Below are positions 49,213 to 57,791 of a stretch of 64,000 nt of DNA, piece by piece. A program made the translations under genes and the position numbers. This stretch comes from Spirochaetia bacterium (GTDB lineage Bacteria; Spirochaetota; Spirochaetia; SZUA-6; Bin103), in NCBI GenBank assembly GCA_965208575.1, contig CBDBOV010000006.1:1216001-1280000 (forward strand), written 5' to 3'. Position 1 is the first letter of the stretch. Each line of letters opens with the position of its first letter. The notes below the pieces were generated by a model, which saw only the letters and a program-made list of their open reading frames with translations, made no database searches and had not been told where the DNA came from.

Positions 49213-50013
49213 TCAGCGGGCGAGGATTGCTTCGAGGTTGGGGCGGTCGATCAGGGCGGCGTCGGCGGGGCGCTCCAGGAAGGGCTGCACGTCGCGGGCC
49301 AGTTCGCGGGTGTCCAGGCCGGCCAGGCGCGCGGACAGCAGGTCGCGCCAATCGGCCGCCCGGTACGTGCCTGCGCCTTGCGTCTGGTCGAGTGCGTTCT
49401 GCAGGAGTTGCAGGTTCGGCTCCAGCGGCGGGCGGCGTGAGCGGTACCAGATCAGGTCGTACCAGTCGCGGCCCTTGGGGTAGCCGCGGGTCAGCAGCGC
49501 GTGCAGCTTGCCGGCGAACAGCGATGGCAGGTCGTAGTGGCTGACGACGAAGGTGAAGTGGCGGGTCACGAGCGTGCGCTGCATCGCGGCGCCTGCCGGC
49601 GGACGGATGTCGATCTCCAGCTTCACGGAGAGGTTCTGGCGCGCGTGGCCGGACAGGCCGGCCTCCGCTAGCAGGTGCGCGGTTCGCACCCAGGCCACCT
49701 GCACCGGCTCGCGGTCGATCCAGCGAATGGTGCTGTCGAAGCCGGCGAGGTGGAGGTCGCGCTTCAGTTTCTCCAGCCAGCGCACGGGTTCGTAGCCGTC
49801 AGCAGAGACGCGGGAGAAGTCGAGGTCTTCCGAGAAGCGCGGCAACTCCTCCAGGAAGCGCAGCGCCGTGCCGCCGACGAACGCCACCGCCCGCCCCGCC
49901 TCGCTCTCGTGCAGCGACCGCATGATGAACGCCTGCAGGTACTCGCGCAGCGCGTTGAGCCGGCGCGGCGGATCGTCGAATCGTAGCGCCTGGGCGAGCG
50001 CCTGATCCTTCAC
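49213..50013 (-). CDS. abiEii: AbiEii-family nucleotidyltransferase toxin (type IV TA)
   Basis: FVGGTALR...RFSEDLDF, KLEID, GKLHA...KGRDWYDL; GTG overlaps upstream stop. Confidence 0.9.
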   Translation of the reverse strand: MKDQALAQALRFDDPPRRLNALREYLQAFIMRSLHESEAGRAVAFVGGTALRFLEELPRFSEDLDFSRVSADGYEPVRWLEKLKRDLHLAGFDSTIRWIDREPVQVAWVRTAHLLAEAGLSGHARQNLSVKLEIDIRPPAGAAMQRTLVTRHFTFVVSHYDLPSLFAGKLHALLTRGYPKGRDWYDLIWYRSRRPPLEPNLQLLQNALDQTQGAGTYRAADWRDLLSARLAGLDTRELARDVQPFLERPADAALIDRPNLEAILAR

Positions 50014-50651
50014 AGTTCGACTCCCTCGGCTTCCTGCTCGGCGCTGCACGCCAGCCACACGTCCACGGCGCGCCCGATGCGCGGCTTTCCGATGCGATGC
50101 GCAAAAGCGCGCAGGCGGTCGCGGTCGACGACGTCGGTCTGCTGGAACCGCATCTCGGTCATCCGGCGCCGGTCCCACTCGCCCGGGTGCAGGTGGAACA
50201 GGTCGAGCAGCGCCTTCTCGGCGGTCGCCACCAGCGCGTCGCTGCCGGCGACCGACACGCCGTGGTAGCCGAAGAACATGCTCCTCTTGATGGCCGTGTA
50301 GCGGAACATGCCGAACGTATTTTCGAAATGAGCGGGACCGCGGGTGGTCACGCTGGTGTAGACCGGCACCGCCTCGGGGATCAGGCCGTAGAAACCGAGC
50401 GCCCAGGGGCCGCTGAGATAGGACGGAGAGCAGAGGGCGTTGGCCAGCGCCGCCGGCGGCACCGGCACGCGGCGGTAGCGGTCGGCCAGGGCATACATGC
50501 CGCGGCGCAGCGGGATCAGCTTGCCCGCCCGGCTCCAGCGGTAGAGCTGGTTCACCACGTCGCGCCGCGGTTCGCCGCACAGTTGCACGACCGTCGCCAA
50601 GTCGAACCAGGGCGTCGCACCCAGCAGGTCTGCCACTTCATCAAGGCGCAT
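50010..50651 (-). CDS. abiEi: AbiEi-family antitoxin
   Basis: wHTH with LRRGMY, PSYLS..WAL.FYGLIPE, ATAEKALLD. Confidence 0.88.
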   Translation of the reverse strand: MRLDEVADLLGATPWFDLATVVQLCGEPRRDVVNQLYRWSRAGKLIPLRRGMYALADRYRRVPVPPAALANALCSPSYLSGPWALGFYGLIPEAVPVYTSVTTRGPAHFENTFGMFRYTAIKRSMFFGYHGVSVAGSDALVATAEKALLDLFHLHPGEWDRRRMTEMRFQQTDVVDRDRLRAFAHRIGKPRIGRAVDVWLACSAEQEAEGVEL

Positions 50652-50661
50652 ATTACAAACC

Positions 50662-50699
50662 GTTGATGATAACCTACAGAAACGCCGGTTATTGTCAAC
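50662..50699 (-). promoter_or_regulatory. abiE promoter/operator inverted repeat
   Basis: GTTGATGATAACC / GGTTATTGTCAAC overlapping TTGACA on the minus strand. Confidence 0.65.
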
Positions 50700-50760
50700 A
50701 GTTCCCGCCTGAGAGACCCAGGGTTCCACCAAGTTTCGACGGGCAGTGCTGCGGACCGTA

Positions 50761-51324
50761 CTAAACGTTAGCGGCGTCGAAGAGCGAGTGGACGTCGACG
50801 GTCAGGCCCGGCAGGAGGGGGGATTCCACTTGCGCTCCACGGGCAAAGGTGCCGTGCTCGATATACGCGCCGTCGCGGTAGGTCAGCACCGTGACCTCGG
50901 CGGTGCGAGGGTCGACGATCCAGTACTCGGGGATCCCGGCACCGGCGTAGTCGCGCCGCTTGTCCACCACGTCGCGTTCCGGTTGGTCTGGGCTGACGAT
51001 CTCGACCACCACGTCCGCCCCGGTCCAGAACCGGTTGCCGCGGCGGGCATCGGCGGCGTCCCGCGCCAGCAACAGGTCCGGTTCGCGAAACGTCCCGTCC
51101 GCTGTGCGCAACCGCAACGGGGCGAACAGTACCTTGCCGCCGCGTCCATGCACGAACGCCGCAAACAACTCGTAGAGAAAGGCCAGGATGCTCTGGTGCT
51201 CGTCGGTCGGCATCGGAAGCAACTCAAGGTGGCCATCGGTCAACTCGATCAACTGACTGCTGTGGTCGCTCAGCCATAGATACTCGTCCTCGCGCCACCC
51301 ACCTTGCTGGAGACAAACCGCCAC
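50761..51324 (-). CDS. Uma2-family (DUF820) endonuclease-like protein
   Basis: EPDL...VVEIVSP...DKRRDYA.AGIPEYWIVDP. Confidence 0.9.
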   Translation of the reverse strand: MAVCLQQGGWREDEYLWLSDHSSQLIELTDGHLELLPMPTDEHQSILAFLYELFAAFVHGRGGKVLFAPLRLRTADGTFREPDLLLARDAADARRGNRFWTGADVVVEIVSPDQPERDVVDKRRDYAGAGIPEYWIVDPRTAEVTVLTYRDGAYIEHGTFARGAQVESPLLPGLTVDVHSLFDAANV

Positions 51325-51328
51325 TGTC

Positions 51329-52249
51329 TTACTTTGCCTTCCTTGCTGCGTCGTAGCGGCCGGCGCCGCCTCTCAGGCGCGGGTCGAGGAGGTCCCTTAT
51401 CGCGTCGCCGACCATGTTCAGGCTGTACACCACGGTGGTCAGGCAGAGACCCGGCCAGAGCGCCAGCCACGGCGCCGACTCCATGTACTTGCGGCCTTCC
51501 CGGCTGAGCATCCCGCCCCAGCTCGGGACCTCGATCGGCATGCCGTAACCGAGGAAACTGAGGGACGCCTCCGATATGACTACCGCGCCGATGTTGATGC
51601 TGAAGATGATGATCACCGGAGCCGCAATATTGGGCAGCACGTGGCGCGTGAGTATATTCCATTGCGAGCATCCGATTGCTTCTGCGGCCTGAAAATAGGT
51701 GTTCTCCTTCACCCCGATGACCGCGCCTCTGGCGATTCTCGAGCCGGGTATGCCGCCGGATATGCCGAGCACGATGATGATCTGAAACATTCCACGTCCC
51801 ACTATCGACATGATCGTCAACAACAGGAGAAGGCCGGGGAAACACATCCAGGCATCGACGAATCTCTGCACCGCCAGGTCGAATCTGCCGCCGATGAATC
51901 CCGACGTCCCGCCGATGAGCACCGCTACCGTGACCGTCAAGGCGCTGGCCACCATGCCCACGGTCAACGAAATACGGGCACCGTAGATAAGGCGGCTCAA
52001 GAAGTCCCGCCCCAGGTAGTCGGTGCCCAACGGATACGTTATCGATGGACCGGTCAAGCGGTCCTCCAAGTGCGGCTCATCATACGCGTACGGAGCAACG
52101 AAATCGGCACAAACAGCGACGATCACGAAGACCACGACGACGACACCGCAGATCGTGCCGAGCGGTTTTCGTTGCCACAACCGAATCAGGAAATTGACCG
52201 ACCCGATGCCTCTCTTGCGGTCGCCGTCCGCCGGCCCTGTTTCCCTCAC
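51329..52249 (-). CDS. Peptide/nickel-type ABC permease (DppC-like)
   Basis: LGTDYLGRD, EAA loop YFQAAEAIG, RHVLPN, PSWGGML. Confidence 0.93.
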   Translation of the reverse strand: MRETGPADGDRKRGIGSVNFLIRLWQRKPLGTICGVVVVVFVIVAVCADFVAPYAYDEPHLEDRLTGPSITYPLGTDYLGRDFLSRLIYGARISLTVGMVASALTVTVAVLIGGTSGFIGGRFDLAVQRFVDAWMCFPGLLLLLTIMSIVGRGMFQIIIVLGISGGIPGSRIARGAVIGVKENTYFQAAEAIGCSQWNILTRHVLPNIAAPVIIIFSINIGAVVISEASLSFLGYGMPIEVPSWGGMLSREGRKYMESAPWLALWPGLCLTTVVYSLNMVGDAIRDLLDPRLRGGAGRYDAARKAK

Positions 52250-53202
52250 TTGTAGCGGATCCGGGGATCGAGATATGGATAGATCAGGTCGATGAGCAGG
52301 TTGATCCCGACCACCGATGTGGCGAAAAAGAGATTCACCCCGGACACCATCGGGTAGTCTCTATCCTCGAGGGCGAGCAGAAACAACCGACCCAAACCGG
52401 GCAGGTTGAAAATGTTCTCTATGATGACAGAGCCGCCGACCAGTACCGGAAGCTGGAGACCAATCAGGGTAACCACGGAGATGAGGGCGTTCTTGACCGC
52501 ATGCCTCATGACCACCACCCGCTCCCGCAATCCCTTCGACCACGCGGTCCTGATGTAGTCCTGCCGGAGCACCTCCAGCATCATGGTACGGGTCATGCGC
52601 ATGGTCGACGCGGAAAAGTATGTCCCCATAATTAGACTGGGGAGGAAGAACATGCCCAGATTCTCGAGCGGGTTGTCGGCGAATCGGATCAACCTCATCG
52701 GCGGTGACCAGTTCCACCAGATTGCCGGGAACACCATGATCATGGTGGCGATCCAGAAGCTCGGGGTGGCGATGCCGATTACCGCTACGGTGCGACCCAG
52801 ATAATCGCCGGCGGTCTCCTGCCGGATCGCTGAATAGACGCCGATCGGGAGAGCTATCACGAGGCCGATAATGATCGCCAGCAGACCAAGTTCGAGGGTC
52901 ACCGGTAGTCGGTCGGCAATCTTTTCTTCCACGGTCCAATCGCTCATCATCGATTCGCCGAGGGTGCCGTGCAGAATAATCCCGCCGATCCAGCGTCCGT
53001 ACTGGACGTGCGCGGGCACGTCCAGGCCCAGCCTGCGCTCGAGAATTTCCCGGTCGACGTTGCCGATCTGCTGTTCCATCACGCCCAGCATGGCATCTAC
53101 CACGTCACCCGGAATGAACCGGACCGAGAAGAACACCAGGACGCTGAGCAGAAACAGGGTTGGGATGATGAGCAGCAGCCGCCTGATGATGTAGGCTCTC
53201 AT
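52246..53202 (-). CDS. Peptide/nickel-type ABC permease (DppB-like)
   Basis: MRAYIIRR, DYIRTAWSKGL, RDYP, LDPRIRY. Confidence 0.93.
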   Translation of the reverse strand: MRAYIIRRLLLIIPTLFLLSVLVFFSVRFIPGDVVDAMLGVMEQQIGNVDREILERRLGLDVPAHVQYGRWIGGIILHGTLGESMMSDWTVEEKIADRLPVTLELGLLAIIIGLVIALPIGVYSAIRQETAGDYLGRTVAVIGIATPSFWIATMIMVFPAIWWNWSPPMRLIRFADNPLENLGMFFLPSLIMGTYFSASTMRMTRTMMLEVLRQDYIRTAWSKGLRERVVVMRHAVKNALISVVTLIGLQLPVLVGGSVIIENIFNLPGLGRLFLLALEDRDYPMVSGVNLFFATSVVGINLLIDLIYPYLDPRIRYK

Positions 53203-53222
53203 GTCCCCAACCTCAAGGTTGC

Positions 53223-53249
53223 GGGACGGCGGCGTGGCACCGCCGTCCC
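53223..53249 (-). terminator. Stem-loop after binding-protein gene
   Basis: GGGACGGCGG / CCGCCGTCCC perfect inverted repeat. Confidence 0.55.
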
Positions 53250-53262
53250 ACGGGTGAAATCC

Positions 53263-55056
53263 CTAGTAGCCCATTTCCTTTTTCAGCGCGCTGTCGAGCC
53301 AAAGCCGCGACCAGATGATACCGCCATAGTTCATCCCGCCGAGGGTGACCTCGCCGTTGAACCCGACAACCCACGGCTGAGCCGCCTGGTAGAGCGGGCC
53401 CTTCGGACCCCACGTCTGCACGTGCTGCTCTACCCAATACATGCTTCCCTTGATCGACTGTTCCTTCAGTTCCTCGATGGTGGTAGCCGCTCTCGCAGCC
53501 GCCACGATCGCGTTATAGGCAGGATCGTCAAACTGTCCGCGGTTCCATTGATGTCCTACCTCAAAGGTCGACAGGGCATCTACAGGCGGATAAGGAGTGC
53601 CCGCAATCGATTGTACCAGGCCACCAAAGCTCAGGTCCTTGATGCGGGCGACATGGGTAGCTCCTTGCACCGGCGTCAACGTGACATCGACACCAATCTT
53701 GGACCAGGAATTCTTGACCAGCTCTGCCCACTCCGGAGTGCTCGTCCAGTGGTCCAGGTTGGTCCTGATTCTGATCCCGTCGGCGCCCCGCGGATAGCCG
53801 GCTTCATCGAGCAGTTCCTCTGCCCGTTCCGGATTGTACGCGTACTCTTCCTTGAGCTCATCCGGCCACTCGTCGTATGGGGTCACGTACCCCACCCAGC
53901 CATCGCCGAGATAAGCTTGCGGCTTCCAAAAACTCGCGCCACCGAAAAAGGTATTGTGGAATGTCTCATTGTCCAGCGCCAACTGCATCGCGATACGCAC
54001 CCTGATGTCGTCGAATGGCGGTGCCGTCATGTTGAAGGCAAAACAATAATTGGACCTGAAGTACCACGGATACAAAACGATATCCGGATTGGTCTCGGCA
54101 AGGTTTTGCGCGGTCTCCAATACGCGTATGTTCGAGCCCCTCGCGCCGTGCCCGATGAAATCGATCTTGCCGGTTCTCAGTGCCGACAGGCGGGTGGTCT
54201 CTTCCGGCATGACCAGGGCTTCTACCCGGTCCATGTAGGGCAACCGGTTTTCCGGAAATTTCTCGTCGAATCCCCAGTAATTCGGGTTCCTTTCCCAGGT
54301 GATGGAACTGCCATCGACCCAATCGGTCAGCATGAAGGGGCCAGTACCGACCACATCCCGCCAATCGTTCACATCGCCCTTCTCCATGATCACCTCGGGG
54401 GGCAGGATGTAGGCAAGCGCGTCGTCGATGATTACCCGGAAGGCGGCCAGAGACGGTGTCTTCAGCTTGAACACGACGGTGTAGTCGTCGACCGCGGTTA
54501 CGGATTCCGCCGGAACCTGCGGAAGCTGCAAAGTGTAGCCGGGATAGTCGGTGAAGCCGCTGCCCAGGCCCATCAGGCGATGATAGTTGTACTCGATATC
54601 CTTGGCGGTCAGCTCGCGTCCGTTGAGCGGCGCCTTGTCGTGCCAATGCACGCCTTTGCGGATGTGGAAGACGTAGGTTAGCTGGTCCGGTGTCTCCCAG
54701 CTTTCGGCGAGAGCACCGGTATAGGCGACGTCGGCGACCAGCTCGGTACCGTAGTCGTACACGCTCCTGTCTATGCCCCAGTTTCCCTGGGAGAGCTTTT
54801 CATTGACGCCGCTGAGCAGGAATCCGGCGTGGTGACGTGCTACCGAGGGATCGGTTCCGTCCGGTTGACCGTTGTAGCCTGGAAAGAACGTTCCGCCGTA
54901 TTGCGGCGCCAGGATTTCCTTGCCGGTGGTGGGGTCGGTCACGTATGTCTTGGCGGCTGCCGGCGCCTCTTCCGAGGCAGCGGCCCATAGGCCGGTTGCG
55001 GCCAGGACGAGGACCAACGCAACCGCGAGGGTGGTCGTGAGTTTTCCTACCTTCAT
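53263..55056 (-). CDS. ABC solute-binding protein family 5
   Basis: Signal ending LWAAASEE; LAESWE, GTGPF, RNPNYW, PFDDIRVR; AAGGAG before ATG 55056. Confidence 0.92.
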   Translation of the reverse strand: MKVGKLTTTLAVALVLVLAATGLWAAASEEAPAAAKTYVTDPTTGKEILAPQYGGTFFPGYNGQPDGTDPSVARHHAGFLLSGVNEKLSQGNWGIDRSVYDYGTELVADVAYTGALAESWETPDQLTYVFHIRKGVHWHDKAPLNGRELTAKDIEYNYHRLMGLGSGFTDYPGYTLQLPQVPAESVTAVDDYTVVFKLKTPSLAAFRVIIDDALAYILPPEVIMEKGDVNDWRDVVGTGPFMLTDWVDGSSITWERNPNYWGFDEKFPENRLPYMDRVEALVMPEETTRLSALRTGKIDFIGHGARGSNIRVLETAQNLAETNPDIVLYPWYFRSNYCFAFNMTAPPFDDIRVRIAMQLALDNETFHNTFFGGASFWKPQAYLGDGWVGYVTPYDEWPDELKEEYAYNPERAEELLDEAGYPRGADGIRIRTNLDHWTSTPEWAELVKNSWSKIGVDVTLTPVQGATHVARIKDLSFGGLVQSIAGTPYPPVDALSTFEVGHQWNRGQFDDPAYNAIVAAARAATTIEELKEQSIKGSMYWVEQHVQTWGPKGPLYQAAQPWVVGFNGEVTLGGMNYGGIIWSRLWLDSALKKEMGY

Positions 55057-55078
55057 CAGGTATCTCCTTGTGTCGATG

Positions 55079-55224
55079 TGTCGATTTTCCGAGAGTATTG
55101 CAGTGCGGGTGGTCGCTCCCTGGCTACTCCCTCGCCGGCAACGCCGGCGGCCAGACGTAGTCAAATGGATTACAGCGCGCGGCGTGTGACTCAGCGGGGT
55201 TCACCCGCGCTCACGCCGCGCGCG
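55079..55224 (-). ncRNA. Conserved structured leader of family-5 binding-protein gene, copy 1 (candidate cis-regulatory RNA)
   Basis: Block-wise conserved with 63871-64000, with compensatory changes in hairpins. Confidence 0.6.
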
Positions 55225-55558
55225 GGTAGGGTTCTTTGAGTGTCATCAAGCACCTCCAACGTTCGGTACGGTGACGGTGAATGGCGGCGACGGCGCGCGC
55301 GGGGGAGTGATCAGCCGGAGTGCTTGGTCGTTCTCGGTTCGACAAGGTTGACGGGTGGGCACCGGCTGCGTCACCGCCAACCGGTCACTGCGCTCACTGT
55401 CGCCATTGCGCATCATGACCATCCGTTCGATCCTTGAACCCTCCCGAGTCTCACAGGCTCGCCGGACCATGTCAAGCGCGCCGGCCGTCCGGTCTCGCCG
55501 GCCGGCGACTGTTCCGCCGTTACCCAGGCAGGCGGCGACGGCGCCGCGCGGGCAAGGG

Positions 55559-56710
55559 CTACTTGTAGGGGTCGGCGGCGTCGCGGAGGCCGTCGCCGAG
55601 GAAGTTGAAGGCGAGCACCGCGGCTACCACGAACAGGCCGGGGATCAGCAGCCACGGGTGCAGCAGCACGGCGTGCACGTTCTGGGCGTCCTTCAGCAGG
55701 GTGCCCCAGCTCACCACCGGCGGGCGCAGGCCCAGGCCCAGGAAGCTGAGCGCGGTTTCGCCCAGGATCATGTAGGGCACCGCCAGGGTCAGGCTCACGA
55801 TCAGGTAGCTCAGGAACGACGGCAGGAGGTGCAGGGCGACGATCTTGCCCTCGCCCCTGCCCGCCACCCGCGCCGCGGTTACGAAGTCCTGCTGGCGCAA
55901 CTCCAGCAGCTTGCCGCGCACCACCCGCGCCAGCCCCGCCCAGCCGAACATCGACAGGATGATGGTGATCGCGAAGTAGGTCTTCAGGGTGCCCCAGTGG
56001 GTCGGCAGGGCGGCGCTCAGCGCCATCCAGAGGGGGATGGTGGGCAGCGAGATCAGGATCTCGATGCCGCGCTGTATGATCATGTCGGGCTTGCCGCCGT
56101 AGTAGCCGGAAATGCCGCCCATGGTGCAGCCGAGCACGAAGCTCAGGAACACGCCCACCAGGCCGATCGACAGCGAGATGCGCGACGCGTAGACGGTGCG
56201 CGAGTACAGGTCGCGGCCGAGTTTGTCGGTGCCGAACAGGTAGAACGCACCGTCCTCGACCCCGGCCAGGCGCAGGTCCGCCTCCCAGATGCCCCACAGC
56301 TTGTAGGGGTCGCCGTGCACGAAGAAGCGGACGTAGTGGCGCGTCTCGGGGTCTTCCTTGTACACGCGGCGGAACGCCTTGCGGTCCACCACCTTCTGCA
56401 CGTCGTACACGAACGGGCGCAGCCCCCAGCCGTTCTGGTCGCCGAAGCGGATCTTCTGCGGCCGCATGTACACGAACTCCGCGTCGTGCTTGAGGATGTC
56501 GTGGGTGGCGAAGAACTCGCTGAAGAGGGCGAACAGGTAGAACACCGCCAGCACCGCCCCGCCGGCGATGGCCAGCCGGTGGCGCGTGAACTTGCGCCAC
56601 ATGAGCTGCCACTGCGAGGCGACGAAATAGCGGTCGTCCTCGGCGGCACGCGAGACCGGTCCGGCGGTGCGCGGCGCCTGACCCGCGCCGGGTGCGGCGA
56701 TGTCGCTCAT
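55559..56710 (-). CDS. ABC permease (OppC/DppC-like)
   Basis: FGTDKLGRDL, FVTAARVAG, HLLP, GDGLRDAADP. Confidence 0.93.
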   Translation of the reverse strand: MSDIAAPGAGQAPRTAGPVSRAAEDDRYFVASQWQLMWRKFTRHRLAIAGGAVLAVFYLFALFSEFFATHDILKHDAEFVYMRPQKIRFGDQNGWGLRPFVYDVQKVVDRKAFRRVYKEDPETRHYVRFFVHGDPYKLWGIWEADLRLAGVEDGAFYLFGTDKLGRDLYSRTVYASRISLSIGLVGVFLSFVLGCTMGGISGYYGGKPDMIIQRGIEILISLPTIPLWMALSAALPTHWGTLKTYFAITIILSMFGWAGLARVVRGKLLELRQQDFVTAARVAGRGEGKIVALHLLPSFLSYLIVSLTLAVPYMILGETALSFLGLGLRPPVVSWGTLLKDAQNVHAVLLHPWLLIPGLFVVAAVLAFNFLGDGLRDAADPYK

Positions 56711-56711
56711 G

Positions 56712-57707
56712 TCAGCCCGCCATCGCCTCGTAGCGGATGCGCGGATCGATCAGCACCAGCAGCATGTCGGAGATGAACGTGCCGATTACCACCATGAAGG
56801 TCAGCAGCATGGTGATGCTGCCGGCCAGGTACATGTCCTGCGCCAACAGCGCCCGGAACAGCAGCGGCCCGGTGGTCTCCAGCCCCAGCACGATCGCCGT
56901 AATCGTCTCTCCCGAAACGATGCCGGCCAGCGCCCAGCCCACCGTGCTGACGATCGGGTTGATCGACAGCCGCACCGGGTACTTGTACAGCAGCGTATGC
57001 TCGTCCACCCCCTTGGCGCGCGCCGTGATCACGTACTGCCGCGCCAGCTCGTCGAGCAGCGAACCGCGCATCACGCGCACCAGGTAGCCGGTGCCGGCGG
57101 TGCCGATCACCAGCACCGGAATCGGCATGTGCTTGAGCAGGTCGAGCACCCGCGCCCAGCTCCACGGCGCGTCGACGAACTCCGGCGAGAAAAGCCCGCC
57201 GATGCTCCAGCCGAACCAGCGGTTGAACAGCAGCATGAAGATCAGCGCGAGCAGGAAGTTGGGCGTCGCCAGGCCCACGAATCCCATGAAGGTGAAGGAG
57301 AAGTCGGCGACCGAGTACTGGTGGGTGGCGGAGTAGATGCCGATCGGGATCGCGATGACGTAGGCGAACAGCAGCGACGACAGCGACAGCAGCACCGTGA
57401 ACGGTAGCCGGTCGGCGATCAGCGTGCCCACCTTCTCCTTGAGGTTGAACGACCAGCCCAGGTTGCCGCGCGAAATGCGCCAGATCCACACCGCGTACTG
57501 CACGTGCACCGGCTTGTCCAGGCCGTACAGCTTGCCCATCGCCGCCAGCTCCGCCTCGTCGACGTCGCGCCCGAGCGCCTGCTGGTTGGCGCGGTACACG
57601 GTCAGGTAGTCGCCCGGCGGAAGCTGGATGATCAGGAACGAGATCATCGACACCAGCACCAGGACCAGGGCCATGTACAGCACGCGCCGGATGACGTAGT
57701 TAACCAT
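56712..57707 (-). CDS. ABC permease (OppB/DppB-like)
   Basis: IQLPPGDY, QYVITARAKG, QDMYLAG, DPRIR. Confidence 0.93.
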   Translation of the reverse strand: MVNYVIRRVLYMALVLVLVSMISFLIIQLPPGDYLTVYRANQQALGRDVDEAELAAMGKLYGLDKPVHVQYAVWIWRISRGNLGWSFNLKEKVGTLIADRLPFTVLLSLSSLLFAYVIAIPIGIYSATHQYSVADFSFTFMGFVGLATPNFLLALIFMLLFNRWFGWSIGGLFSPEFVDAPWSWARVLDLLKHMPIPVLVIGTAGTGYLVRVMRGSLLDELARQYVITARAKGVDEHTLLYKYPVRLSINPIVSTVGWALAGIVSGETITAIVLGLETTGPLLFRALLAQDMYLAGSITMLLTFMVVIGTFISDMLLVLIDPRIRYEAMAG

Positions 57708-57725
57708 TTGCTGCGCTTGGAAAAA

Positions 57726-57762
57726 ACGGCGGGCACCGGCTGCTGCGGCCGGCGCCCGCCGT
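57726..57762 (-). terminator. Stem-loop with U tract after binding-protein gene
   Basis: ACGGCGGGC(A)CCGGC / GCCGG(C)GCCCGCCGT preceded by A6 on plus strand. Confidence 0.6.
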
Positions 57763-57791
57763 CATCTATCGTACGCTAACGCTCCGTGGAG

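Noticed and set aside
49213-50580. 455-aa AbiEii with long N-terminal extension
   Set aside because: The extension is an off-frame reading of abiEi; GTG 50013 is the coupled start.
55246-55470. 74-aa ORF upstream of the structured leader
   Set aside because: No RBS, motif or coding-like composition to support it.
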